This document shows, piece by piece, positions 20,236-30,274 of a DNA stretch of 35,387 nt. The notes beneath the pieces are model-generated. The model did no database searches, was not told the origin of the DNA, and worked only from the letters and a program-made list of their open reading frames with translations. A program made the translations under genes and the position numbers. Within the stretch, counting starts at the first letter, position 1. Each line of letters opens with the position of its first letter. Source of the stretch: Cyanobacteria bacterium J06635_10 (lineage in GTDB: Bacteria > Cyanobacteriota > Cyanobacteriia > Cyanobacteriales > Nostocaceae); NCBI GenBank assembly GCA_039820385.1, contig JBCBQE010000001.1:1-35387 (forward strand), given 5' to 3'.

Positions 20236-20703
20236 ATGAACAATTCTCAGATTTTATTTAGTGATGCAAAGTCGGAAATCGACATGCAGCAACTGCAAGA
20301 ACTATTTTCTAATGGTGCTTTTTGGGCAAAAGAGCGCAATATAGAAGATTTAGCAGAAGCAATCAAAAATAGTGAGCCGGTAATTGCTGTATGGAATAAA
20401 CAGCAACTAATTGGTTTTGCCAGAGCAACAAGTGACGGTGTTTATCGTGCTACAATTTGGGACGTTGTAATCCACCCAGATTTTCGTGGAACTGGACTAG
20501 GTAGTAAATTAGTGGAAACGGTTTTGAGTCATCCCCGGATGAGTCGGGTAGAGCGCGTTTATTTAATGACTACTTACCAACAAAAATTTTACGAAAAAAT
20601 TGGTTTTGAGCAGAATACCTCCACCACAATGGTGATATACAACCGCTCAAACTTGTCGAGTCTTAGTACTGCAACTCAGCTTCAGGAATCCCTAAAGGGA
20701 TAG
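20236..20703 (+). CDS. GNAT-family N-acetyltransferase
   Basis: [10 protein letters not shown]...ATIWDVVIHPDFRGTGLG acetyl-CoA motif A. ATG at 20236. Confidence 0.9.
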   Translation: MNNSQILFSDAKSEIDMQQLQELFSNGAFWAKERNIEDLAEAIKNSEPVIAVWNKQQLIGFARATSDGVYRATIWDVVIHPDFRGTGLGSKLVETVLSHPRMSRVERVYLMTTYQQKFYEKIGFEQNTSTTMVIYNRSNLSSLSTATQLQESLKG

Positions 20704-21586
20704 AAATTTGTAACCTGGAGAGATCTTCATTTCTATTAGTTTTGGGATAGGAAACAATTTCAATTTTTCCTCCCATTACTTCCAATAAAGTTTGATTGAG
20801 TAGTAACTTCATTCCTTTTTGAAGGAATTGATTTTTTTGCTCGTCTGTTTCTTCGGTTTCTTCTGACTCAATTAAATCTATGGGTTCCCTAGAAGGAATA
20901 GCTTCTGTGGGTACATCTAACCAAATACAAGCAACATTACTTTCATAGTTGGCTTTGGCAGAAATTCTTATTTTACCTTCTTCCATTTGAGATATGGCGG
21001 CATCTACCAAGTTTACTAATATTTGTTTTAACCAACGTCGATCTGCCAAAACATAAATTTCTTCCCTTGGTTGGATCACCTCAAATGGAAAATTACGATT
21101 TTCAGCAAGCATATAAGTTAATTCATAAACTTGCAGCAAAGTGTGATTCAACAAGCCAGATTGAATATCTAATTTACTATTGCCATGTTCGGCTCTAGCA
21201 ACATGAAGAATTTCATCAATAAGATTTAATAACTTTAAAGCTCGCTCGTGAGCTTGTTTGATAAACTCCCGCTCTTCTTCTGGATTTTCACACAAATCCG
21301 ATAAAATCAATTGATGCAACCCAATCAAACCATTGAGTGGCGATCGCAATACGTGAGTAGTACGAGCTAAAAAACCGGCTTTAAACTGACTCATTTCCCG
21401 TGCCAGATGGTAAGCCAGTTCGATTTCTCTCATTCGTTGAGATAAGGCTGCCATATACTGCTGATTTTCTTCTGCCGATACCCTCAAAGACGAATTAGAA
21501 GAAGCTTTTGATTTTAGCAATAGCCAGCAAATACCCATTCCTAATGCTAATCCGGTACAAAAATATACCAAGTTATTCAAATCCAT
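20663..21586 (-). CDS. Membrane-anchored histidine-kinase-like protein (HisKA plus degenerate HATPase)
   Basis: N-terminal TM, H-box FLARTTHVLRSPLNGLIG, ADRRWLKQILVNLV N-box region and MGGKIEI. No DxG/G-boxes visible. Confidence 0.8.
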   Translation of the reverse strand: MDLNNLVYFCTGLALGMGICWLLLKSKASSNSSLRVSAEENQQYMAALSQRMREIELAYHLAREMSQFKAGFLARTTHVLRSPLNGLIGLHQLILSDLCENPEEEREFIKQAHERALKLLNLIDEILHVARAEHGNSKLDIQSGLLNHTLLQVYELTYMLAENRNFPFEVIQPREEIYVLADRRWLKQILVNLVDAAISQMEEGKIRISAKANYESNVACIWLDVPTEAIPSREPIDLIESEETEETDEQKNQFLQKGMKLLLNQTLLEVMGGKIEIVSYPKTNRNEDLSRLQISIPLGIPEAELQY

Positions 21587-21791
21587 AATTTTTTGCTAAA
21601 TTTCAACTTCTTAATTAATTACAAAAGTACACTACTCAGTTCATCCCATCTTTAGATAGATTAATTGAGCAATATCACAGTTATATCAAGTCCACCGCAA
21701 TTTCTTATAAATACCGCAGCACCACACCCACCCGCCTCAAGCGACTCCCCCTAAAGCCTGAAGAGAATATTGGCTCCGGGAAATACAACTA

Positions 21792-21898
21792 CTAGTTCAA
21801 CAAACTAAAATTGCCGGATGTTGGCAGGGGTAAGGAGCAGGGGGAGAAAAAATTTTTTTCTTACAATTAACCCCTCAAAGTTGACGCATGTGGAGTAC
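21792..21898. mobile_element. MITE-like dispersed repeat, copy 1
   Basis: Shares CAAAC..ATTGCCGG, AGCAGGGGGAGAAAA, TTTTTTCTTACAATTAACCCC and AAAGTTGACG with 24365-24471. Confidence 0.7.
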
Positions 21899-22473
21899 GG
21901 AGGCGATTGTTCACATCTTGCACCATAAAAATTTATCGTAAAAATCATTACTAATTATCTGAAGTACCATTTTTACCTGCCAGAGATTAAACACCCCTAG
22001 CTAATAGGATAAATCCATTTTAATGGACTACAAACATTACGGTATTTAAATAGTAATATTTTTAATTATTTTACTTATTATTTGATCGATTACCCTTTCG
22101 GTGCAAGGTATAAAATCGTAAATAATCATCCGAACTTCCGATTAATCTTAGAAAATACACCCCGTAAAAACGGTTCTTGATGATGCGGTAGAGTAAAGCT
22201 TCAAGAAAAACTGTTAATATTTATTCATAATCAGTATCTTTTCAAAAATTACCAAGTTTCCAAGCTCGAAAAAGAGATAAAATTTTCTGAAATATATTTA
22301 GTTTCCTAAGATTTGACAGAGGTTATAGTAGCCTTTGCAAAGCTATACCGTGGCCGCTCGCCAACAATTTATTGAAAAAAATTACTATAATATTCACAAG
22401 TTTCTTATAATTCTTAACTTAATAAACTAAGAGCAACCTATTCACTTCTTGTATAAAAATGATTGGTTAGCTA

Positions 22474-23643
22474 ATGAATACTACAACAATTCCTAAGGTA
22501 TCTCAAGCGAGTAGTCGTTTGAGTTCATTGGATGCTTTTCGCGGTATTACTATCGCCCTGATGATACTTGTAAATATGGCGAGCATTGCTGGAAAAAATG
22601 TTTATCCTCCCCTACTCCATGCCGAATGGAATGGTTGGACTGTAACCGATCTTGTATTTCCCTTTTTCCTTTTTATTATCGGTGTAGCGATGGCTTTTTC
22701 GCTATCAAAATACACCAAAGGCAATAAATCCAAGTTTGCTGGTTTGATACGTATTTTTCGCCGCGCTGTAATTCTTTTTATTTTAGGTTTATTCCTCAAC
22801 GGCATTTGGAATCAAGGTCTTTGGACATTTGATTTAAGTACTATCCGCATCATGGGCGTATTGCAGCGCATCAGTCTTGCTTACTTATTCGCTGCTTTGA
22901 TAGTTCTTTTGATACCACAGAAAGCACAATGGATAATTTCTGGAATATTACTCATTGGCTACTGGTTAACAATGATGTATGTACCCGTACCCAATTACGG
23001 CGCAGGAGACTTAACCGCAGTTGGTAACTTTGGTGCTTATATCGATCGTTTAATTATTCCCAAAGTACACTTGTATAAGTGGGATGGTTTCAATTTGATG
23101 GGAGATCCAGAAGGATTATTTAGTAGCATTCCTGCTAGTGCTAGCGTGCTTGCTGGTTACTTCAGCGGAAAATGCCTCAAAAATAGCAGGGTAAATTCTT
23201 CTACCAGCATGGATTTAGTACTATTCGGTTTATCGTGCCTGGTAATTGGTGGAACATGGGACATCTTTTTCCCGATTAACAAGAAACTGTGGACAAGTTC
23301 CTACGTAATTTTTACAACTGGTTGGGCTTTGTTACTACTTGCAAGTTGTTACGAACTAATGGAAGTGAGAAAAATTCGGCGGTGGGCTAAACCTTTTGAG
23401 GTAATGGGGTTAAACGCAATCGCCATTTTTATGGCTTCGATTATGTTAATCAAACTTTTGGTTACCACCAGAGTTGGTGTAGGAGAAGAAGCAGCCATGA
23501 CTTACACCTGGATTTACGAAAATATTTTTGCTTCTTGGGCTGGTGGATTCAACGGTTCGTTACTGTTTGCTTTTGTTATCCTACTATTTTGGTTCCTGGT
23601 TGCTTATCTTATGTACCGCCAACGTTGGTTTATTAAAGTATAA
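22474..23643 (+). CDS. HGSNAT/DUF5009-like membrane acyltransferase
   Basis: RLSSLDAFRG, HAEWNG, DLVFPFFLF, GVLQRI, DPEG and PINKKLWTSSY. Confidence 0.88.
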   Translation: MNTTTIPKVSQASSRLSSLDAFRGITIALMILVNMASIAGKNVYPPLLHAEWNGWTVTDLVFPFFLFIIGVAMAFSLSKYTKGNKSKFAGLIRIFRRAVILFILGLFLNGIWNQGLWTFDLSTIRIMGVLQRISLAYLFAALIVLLIPQKAQWIISGILLIGYWLTMMYVPVPNYGAGDLTAVGNFGAYIDRLIIPKVHLYKWDGFNLMGDPEGLFSSIPASASVLAGYFSGKCLKNSRVNSSTSMDLVLFGLSCLVIGGTWDIFFPINKKLWTSSYVIFTTGWALLLLASCYELMEVRKIRRWAKPFEVMGLNAIAIFMASIMLIKLLVTTRVGVGEEAAMTYTWIYENIFASWAGGFNGSLLFAFVILLFWFLVAYLMYRQRWFIKV

Positions 23644-23689
23644 ATTAGGCAATAATTCTTAACAATTTGTTGTCACGAGATGGAACCTT

Positions 23690-23720
23690 AAAAAATGGGG
23701 TGCCCCTGCCCCATTTTTTT
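23690..23720. terminator. Bidirectional intrinsic terminator between convergent genes
   Basis: AAAAAATGGGG-TGCCCCTG-CCCCATTTTTT. Confidence 0.75.
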
Positions 23721-23734
23721 GCGGAAATTGTAGG

Positions 23735-24322
23735 TCAATCTAAATTGACTGCGCCTTGACGCAAAATGTGCCATTTTCCCCCATTCCATTTAGCAACAGT
23801 AGAAGGAATACCCATCCCAGGTGTTTGACAATCGTATCCGCTTGTCTCCAAAGTAAGTACATCAGGGAACTCTGCCTCAATTTCTGCCATTGTCTGCAAG
23901 GCAGGCTGCCCCGATAAATTAGCACTAGTAGTCGCAAGGGGACCAGTTTGGGCTAAAATGCTGCAAGCAATATCACTCTGCGGAACTCTAACACCAATTG
24001 TGGTAGGGTCATTAGGATTCATGCATGATGGCACTTTCGCTGAAGCTGGCAATACCAAAGTCAGGGCTCCACCCCAGTATTTATCCGCAATCTGCTGCCA
24101 AATTTCATACTCTTCTTTACTAGCTTTCACATAGTCCCAAACTTGCTCTGATTCAGCAGCCATAAGAATTAGCGGCTTATCCGGACTACGCTTTTTTACT
24201 GTAAAAATTAATTCTGCATTTTCGGGTTTTGCTGCGAGGGCAGGAACGGTATCTGTGGGAAAGCTAACTACTTTACCTTTTCTAGCTCCCGCTACCAACT
24301 CGCCAATAGAAACCTGTGTCAT
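23735..24322 (-). CDS. tsaC: L-threonylcarbamoyladenylate synthase (YrdC/Sua5 family)
   Basis: FPTDTV, KKRSPDKPL, TIGVRVP, TTSANLSG, PSTV and LRQG. Confidence 0.92.
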   Translation of the reverse strand: MTQVSIGELVAGARKGKVVSFPTDTVPALAAKPENAELIFTVKKRSPDKPLILMAAESEQVWDYVKASKEEYEIWQQIADKYWGGALTLVLPASAKVPSCMNPNDPTTIGVRVPQSDIACSILAQTGPLATTSANLSGQPALQTMAEIEAEFPDVLTLETSGYDCQTPGMGIPSTVAKWNGGKWHILRQGAVNLD

Positions 24323-24364
24323 TTATCAATTATCAATTATCAGTATAAAATTAACTCCCAACTC

Positions 24365-24471
24365 CTAGTACTCTAGCAAACCAATATTGCCGGGTGAGGG
24401 CAAGCAGGGGGAGAAAATTACTTTTTTTTCTTACAATTAACCCCGTAAAGTTGACGAAGGTGAAGCACTAG
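24365..24471. mobile_element. MITE-like dispersed repeat, copy 2, bounded by CTAG
   Basis: CTAG at 24365-24368 and 24468-24471. Internal sequence is homologous to 21792-21898. Confidence 0.7.
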
Positions 24472-25373
24472 CTTTTATAGGCAAGTGCAAAACGCTCAAT
24501 TCCGGCTAAGTCGGGATAAATTTCAATTTTGCGATAACTACCGTGCGATAACAGCATTTGATTTACTTTATCTGCTTGTCCCGCCATCATTTCAACTAAC
24601 CATATTCCACCAGGTTTTAAATAATCGGATGAAGTTTCTATCAAATGGCGGATGCATTCTAAACCATCACTTCCACCATCTAAAGCTAAATGCGGTTCGT
24701 GCTTAAATACTTCGGGCTGTAGTTCGGGTAGAGTACTTGTTGGAATGTAAGGAGGATTGGATACCATACCGCTAAATTTACCTTTAAGAAAATCTAACGG
24801 TTCCCACCAAGAACCTTGGTAGAATTCAATGCGTTTGCTAAAACCGTAACGATCGGCGTTTAGGCGGGCAATAGAAAGCGCTTTTGAGGAAATATCTACA
24901 GCATGGATTCTTGCATTACTAAAGGCACCACACAATCCTAAAGCTATTATTCCACTACCAGTACCCAAGTCCGCCCAATGCCCTTGCTGTATTTCCGGGT
25001 TGTCAGCAGTAGCGGCTAGAGCCAGATCGATCGAGGATTCGGTTTCAGGTCTGGGAATTAAAACGTTATGTGAAACTGTAATATTAAAATGTCGCCAAGG
25101 AGTAACTTTTGTAATGTACTGGACTGGAAGGCTTTGGCTGAGTCTTTGTTGCCACAGTACTGATAATTCTTGTAGAGGTAATTTTAGCTGAATTTGAGAC
25201 CTGTCTTTAAAAGAACCCAAACGTAAGGCCAAACTATCTAATCCAGCTATTTCCTGTAGCAGCCAATCTACCTCAAACTCCGAGACATTAGCAGATACAG
25301 CAGCGGATATGGCTGCATCTCGCCAGGAAGAGAGTTCTGAACCAGAAACTTGTAACTGCTGCTTATCCGCCAT
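24468..25373 (-). CDS. prmC: Release factor glutamine methyltransferase
   Basis: VLIPRPETE, DLGTGSG, SNPPYI and HEPHLALDGG. Confidence 0.95.
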   Translation of the reverse strand: MADKQQLQVSGSELSSWRDAAISAAVSANVSEFEVDWLLQEIAGLDSLALRLGSFKDRSQIQLKLPLQELSVLWQQRLSQSLPVQYITKVTPWRHFNITVSHNVLIPRPETESSIDLALAATADNPEIQQGHWADLGTGSGIIALGLCGAFSNARIHAVDISSKALSIARLNADRYGFSKRIEFYQGSWWEPLDFLKGKFSGMVSNPPYIPTSTLPELQPEVFKHEPHLALDGGSDGLECIRHLIETSSDYLKPGGIWLVEMMAGQADKVNQMLLSHGSYRKIEIYPDLAGIERFALAYKS

Positions 25374-25401
25374 GTCTTAAGAGTATAGGAGGTTAGATGT
25401 A

Positions 25402-26196
25402 CTATTTCTTCGGTGCTGTAGTTGTATTTTGCTTGGGAAGTTTCTGAATATATTGTCTAGCTTCTGGGCCTGGCCAAAATTGTACTTTCGAGAGCCAAGG
25501 ATCATCTTTCTCTTGCAAAGTACTAAGTATCCCGTCTACATCTACTACCTGAATATCAGCCTTGGGAAATTTTGGCTTTACTTGGTTGAGGAGATTTTTA
25601 GCATCTTGCATACTCAAGAACAAAGGAACTACTTCTTGTTCTGCTTTTTGATCTCCAAGTTTAATCGGTACATAGCTTTTATCGGGTGCAAACCGAACGA
25701 TAAAAACAGGTACGCTTCTAAACTGTTTTACCTGTTGACCGCTTTTTTTCAATAAATCCATAGCCCCTTTTACTTCCCTTTCAAGGGGTTTAAAGGCGAA
25801 TAACAAGCGGTTTGGCTGATTTTTAGTTTTTTGCAGTTGCTGAAAAATGACTCCTAAAGGTACGGGTGTTACTTGAAGGCTTTTCACCATCTGAGTCATT
25901 TTCGGATCTTTACCTTTGGCACTGCGCAATTCGGAGATAAAAGCTTGAGCTTCTTGTTGACTCATGTAAACACCAGTCACCGAACCACCAGCTTGCTTAC
26001 CATTTTGCTCGGGTAGAGGGCGACTCAACGGCAATCCCTGGGGATTAGTAATCAAAAATACTGGTATGTTGTCGAGCTTCGTTTTGATTTGTTGATCTGA
26101 TAGTGCGATTACTGGGGCGATTGAGCTCGTAACAGTTGCTAGTAGAGTACTCCCCACTAAACCTAATGTTGCTCCCCAGCGAACTAATGATTTCAT
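25402..26196 (-). CDS. tic22: Tic22-family periplasmic chaperone
   Basis: Signal peptide MKSLVRWGATLGL..., then KLDNIPVFLIT, VPVF and VPLFLS. Confidence 0.85.
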   Translation of the reverse strand: MKSLVRWGATLGLVGSTLLATVTSSIAPVIALSDQQIKTKLDNIPVFLITNPQGLPLSRPLPEQNGKQAGGSVTGVYMSQQEAQAFISELRSAKGKDPKMTQMVKSLQVTPVPLGVIFQQLQKTKNQPNRLLFAFKPLEREVKGAMDLLKKSGQQVKQFRSVPVFIVRFAPDKSYVPIKLGDQKAEQEVVPLFLSMQDAKNLLNQVKPKFPKADIQVVDVDGILSTLQEKDDPWLSKVQFWPGPEARQYIQKLPKQNTTTAPKK

Positions 26197-26774
26197 GACT
26201 TCTCCTAGCATCAATATTTCAATAAAGTCGAGGCTGATTGGTAAGCTATGAACCGACTTTTTACAGTTATAGTCTCTTCAAGAGTTTTTCTGACTGTGCT
26301 ACTTGCCGGCTCTGCCCTGTTTGTTCAATATTCTACTGAACTACAAGACAAGATACCTGTATAGACGTATTGAAAACAGAAAAGCGAAAATATTTCCAGT
26401 TGTAAGGATAATATCAATTGCCATTTTATTGCTTTTCTTCAATAATGTTGACGCTATTGAAAAAAAAATCGTTCCATGTCAATCCTTTGAAATGTACTTT
26501 TTTTGACCTGGTTATTCAAATAGATAATTTAGACAAACTATTATAGTTATCCTTGAGAATAATTTATATTAAAGGTTTTTTCTACAATATATGTTTATGT
26601 TATTCGGTATAAACACTTAATCTTACTCAATATTATTAACCAGTAAATATTTAATTTATCGCAAAATAATAATCGAAAAAAAGTGTTTCATTTTTTGAGA
26701 TTTACAACAGAATACATTAGAATCTCTAATCACTTCTAATATCTGTGAAACTATAATTTCATATGCTATTAAAA

Positions 26775-26848
26775 TCGGGATGACAGGATTCGAACCTGCG
26801 ACATCCTGCTCCCAAAGCAGGCGCGCTACCAAGCTGCGCTACATCCCG
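26775..26848 (-). tRNA. trnP: tRNA-Pro(UGG)
   Basis: CGGGATGTAGCGCAGCTTGGTAGCGCGCCTGCTTTGGGAGCAGGATGTCGCAGGTTCGAATCCTGTCATCCCGA, 74 nt, anticodon TGG, CCA not encoded. Confidence 0.98.
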
Positions 26849-27073
26849 GAAAAGTCAGTTCTTTACCCGTAGTATTGGCATAATATCATATCTAAGGTAA
26901 TTGTTGCAAATTAATTTTCGGATAATGTTGTCAAGCCGACTCCGATCCAACTTTAACTGGTGACATTCCGCGCCTTTTTTGAGCGCGGATTTTCACTGAA
27001 TCTTGGATTAACATAAATTTGCCATATATGGGCAAAAGAGCGTAATCGTTTATTCAAATACAAAAACTTAGGA

Positions 27074-27607
27074 TTAGTGAGGATACCAAAACATGCCTTT
27101 TATGCCTTCTGGATCGGGCATAAAGCCGAGATGCCGGTAGAAATCTACAACATGGGGATCGGCAAAAAGGGTAACGTTGCTAATTTCTTCATTTCTAAGT
27201 TTTTTGAGTACGTATTTCATTAATGCCTTACCCATTCCTTTCCCTTGAAAGTCTGGATGAACCACTACATCCCAAATAGTGGCATTAAAGGCATGATCTG
27301 AGGTAGCACGGGCAAAACCAACGAGCCTCCTTCTATTTCCCCGTACTTGCCACATGGTAGCGACGAGAAAACTATGCTCGATGGCTTTTTTGACTTTTCT
27401 TAAAGGGCGGCGAGACCAACCTACCGCGTCGCAAAGTTCTTCTAACTCATACAAGTCAATATCTCGCTCCGTGCTAAAAACTATGCGATCGCTACTACGA
27501 TGGTCGTTGTTTCCATCAGAAGTCGCGGTATGTTCTTCAAATCCATGAGTCGTTTTAGTTGTCACGACACCATCATTAGTATTAAACCAAGTTTTCCAAA
27601 AACCCAT
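27074..27607 (-). CDS. ycf52: GNAT-family acetyltransferase, Ycf52/NSI-like
   Basis: [50 protein letters not shown] and [14 protein letters not shown] at 27607. Confidence 0.8.
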   Translation of the reverse strand: MGFWKTWFNTNDGVVTTKTTHGFEEHTATSDGNNDHRSSDRIVFSTERDIDLYELEELCDAVGWSRRPLRKVKKAIEHSFLVATMWQVRGNRRRLVGFARATSDHAFNATIWDVVVHPDFQGKGMGKALMKYVLKKLRNEEISNVTLFADPHVVDFYRHLGFMPDPEGIKGMFWYPH

Positions 27608-28023
27608 GCCAGCCTGGTTCGGGTAGTATAACTTAATTGGTTGCCACGTTTTAGCAACGTGCGTATAAATCACGTTTATTGCAGCTAACTATCTATAAAA
27701 TTCTACACTAACAGACCTTTGTTAAGCGTTTCAGAAATTTAATAGATGATGAGAGCTAACCTAGAAACGTGTTTAACATCAATTATTTTCAACTTTAGCA
27801 TCTTGTTGACAGAGAAAGCGGAAAATTTAACTAAAAGCTACCTTAATATCTGAGAATTAATTGTATACAACACTGTCTTAAAATCTTGAGGCATGGCTAT
27901 ACCTTTTTTTATTTACGCTCAAGGGTTAAGGGTCGGAATATTTTTCTTCTAAAAAAAATTCCGGCTGGGTGCCCTAGGTAGAGCATTCATTTGAACAACA
28001 GCAAGCGAGTCTTACATTAAAAA

Positions 28024-28743
28024 ATGGCTTCTGGTTTAAAAACATCAACGCTGGAACTCCTCAAACGGTTTAATAAGTCGTTTCCCCAGTTTTACGAGCA
28101 ATTTGTCAGCAGTGAGATTCAACTGCAAAATTTGCGGCTAGCCTATCGCCTCTACAAAACCAGACGTGCTGTTATTGAATTGAAACCCGAAGGCGGTAAA
28201 AGTGCTTTGCATTTCGCCTACCGCAATCAGTCTTTTCTTCTCAGCGATATTTTTGGTGTTCTGGCAGCTTACGGACTGACAATTCACAGTTTAAGTTTGT
28301 ATGGACAAATTAAGCCGCCAATGCTGGTTTTTATTAAACTACTTGTATCTCGTGGTAGTAAACCCCTTTCGGAGAAAACTGCTGAAAACGTCCGTCGTGC
28401 CATTCGTGAAGCTTTGGGGGGACGCTTCGAGGTAGAAGAGATGCTAGCAGTAGAATTTAATCTAGATGCTGGTTTAGAAAAAGTAGAAACCGAATTTTAT
28501 GTAGATCCAGTTTTTCATTTACCAGCTTTAGTTATTGAAGCTGACAACCAACCGGGATTATTCTATAAGGTGATGTATGCTATGTGGCTCGAAGACTTGC
28601 TAGTAGTAAATGCTAACCTTTTGGTTTGGCGAGGAAGAACGCGTTTAATTCTTTACTTATTGGGACCAAACGAAAGCTTAATTCCGGAATATTTGGGTCA
28701 TAAAATTGCCGAAAGCGTCCGTGGAAGATTTCTTGGTATATGA
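28024..28743 (+). CDS. Hypothetical protein with two ACT-like domains
   Basis: YRNQSFLLSDIFGVLAAYGLTI and LVIEADNQPGLFYKV resemble GlnD-type ACT repeats. Confidence 0.6.
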   Translation: MASGLKTSTLELLKRFNKSFPQFYEQFVSSEIQLQNLRLAYRLYKTRRAVIELKPEGGKSALHFAYRNQSFLLSDIFGVLAAYGLTIHSLSLYGQIKPPMLVFIKLLVSRGSKPLSEKTAENVRRAIREALGGRFEVEEMLAVEFNLDAGLEKVETEFYVDPVFHLPALVIEADNQPGLFYKVMYAMWLEDLLVVNANLLVWRGRTRLILYLLGPNESLIPEYLGHKIAESVRGRFLGI

Positions 28744-29123
28744 ATATCTAATTTCGGTTGATTCATTAAAAACCATGGGGTTCAATACTTACAAAAATTA
28801 AGTAGTAAGCGTAACCTTAATTTATGTTTGATCTTTGTATATTGAGATTTTTTTGTAAACCGCTTCATTCAAAACCCGAAAAAATCGCGCCTTTAGACAA
28901 ACCGTATAATATGAAACCCGCAGCGGGCAGTGGGATTAATATCCAAAAAATAATAAAACTCTCAAAACGACGCTATATACTTTGGTATTGCGTATAAAAT
29001 GAATTAATTCCACCAAGGGGCGGTTTTTTCATTATTATGTTGCTAAAATTTGAAACGTATTTTTACACTTTTAGTTCCAAACTTCTGTTTTGTTGCTTTC
29101 GTCCTTAAAGGTACGATAGAAGC

Positions 29124-30032
29124 ATGGCAACTATCGAGATCTTTGGCGTTCCACACGCATACGAGCTAACGGTTCCCGTCCATAGCCCCCACACCTTAGT
29201 ATTTATCCACGGTTGGCTTAATAGCCGTGGATATTGGCAACCTGCCATCGAGCGGTTAGAGGCAGATTTTAGATGCCTCTCATATGATTTGAGAGGTTTT
29301 GGGGAATCTCAATTGAAAGAAAGCAAAGATATAGCCCAAAATCGCCTCTCTTCCGATGTAAATCTTACAAGGCGCGAGACATCCGCCAATCCTTTTAATT
29401 CGCTTTACACCCCATCTGCTTACATGGAGGATTTAGTAGTTCTCCTGGGACAGTTAAATGTGAATAATGCTTGGTTGATTGGTCATTCTCTTGGTGGCAC
29501 TATTGCTTTATGGGCAGCGACTCAAATGCCTGAAGAAGTTAAAGGAGTCATCTGTATCAATTCTGGTGGTGGGATTTATCTTAAAGAAGCATTTGAAAAA
29601 TTTCGCTCTGCTGGACAACGTTTTTTACAATTACGTCCCAAATGGCTATTTCAAGTACCTTTAATTGACTTAATTATCGCTAGAAATTCTGTAGCGCGTC
29701 CCTTAGAACGGTATTGGGCTCGTAGGCGAGTTATTGATTTTTTAGTGGCCGATCCTCAAGCTGCTTTAGGAGCACTACTTGATTCAACAACTGAAGAAGA
29801 AATAAACCATCTACCCCAATTGGTATCCCAACTTAAACAGCCAGCTTATTTTTTAGCGGGTGCCGAAGATAAAGTCATGGAACCAAAGTACGTTCGTCAC
29901 TTGGCTAGTTTTCACCCCTTGTTTAAATACTGCGGCGACAATGTCATCGAAATTCCCAACTGCGGACACTTAGCAATGTTAGAGCAGCCAGATGCTGTCG
30001 CCAATCATATCCGCTCTATTATCAATTCGTAA
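29124..30032 (+). CDS. Alpha/beta fold hydrolase
   Basis: VFIHGW, YDLRGFGES, GHSLGG nucleophile elbow and C-terminal GH. Confidence 0.92.
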   Translation: MATIEIFGVPHAYELTVPVHSPHTLVFIHGWLNSRGYWQPAIERLEADFRCLSYDLRGFGESQLKESKDIAQNRLSSDVNLTRRETSANPFNSLYTPSAYMEDLVVLLGQLNVNNAWLIGHSLGGTIALWAATQMPEEVKGVICINSGGGIYLKEAFEKFRSAGQRFLQLRPKWLFQVPLIDLIIARNSVARPLERYWARRRVIDFLVADPQAALGALLDSTTEEEINHLPQLVSQLKQPAYFLAGAEDKVMEPKYVRHLASFHPLFKYCGDNVIEIPNCGHLAMLEQPDAVANHIRSIINS

Positions 30033-30274
30033 CTGGGATAGCATTAGGGCAGCAGGTGGTATTAGCCCACCCAGAGCCTGTTATAAGAGCAACAGAGCAG
30101 CCAGGGGGAACAGAGGAAGAAAAATTGAATATTGCTTCCTTTGCGCCCTAATTATGGAGGATTTAACTGGTTTATGTTAGCTGAATCCAAAGGGTGTTCA
30201 GCTTTACTGTGACTTACGGGAAGTATGTTCCCCTTAGGGATTGAAATAGCCAGCCCCTAATTTTAGGTATCGTC

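Larger units (their letters stand above)
4384..27492. repeat. HIP1 octamers GCGATCGC (dispersed)
   Basis: Seen at 4384, 9872, 10799, 12001, 12409, 17528, 21340 and 27485. Over-representation in AT-rich DNA is typical of cyanobacteria. Confidence 0.9.

Noticed and set aside
21715-21780. CACCACACCCACCCGCC resembling Yfr1 sRNA
   Set aside because: It lacks the ACTCCTCACAC core and the two flanking hairpins.
26960-26995. TCCGCGC/GCGCGGA hairpin as an IS605 end or a tRNA-associated integration site
   Set aside because: Only an isolated hairpin, with no integrase or duplicated tRNA 3' end. More simply a terminator for the ycf52-like gene.
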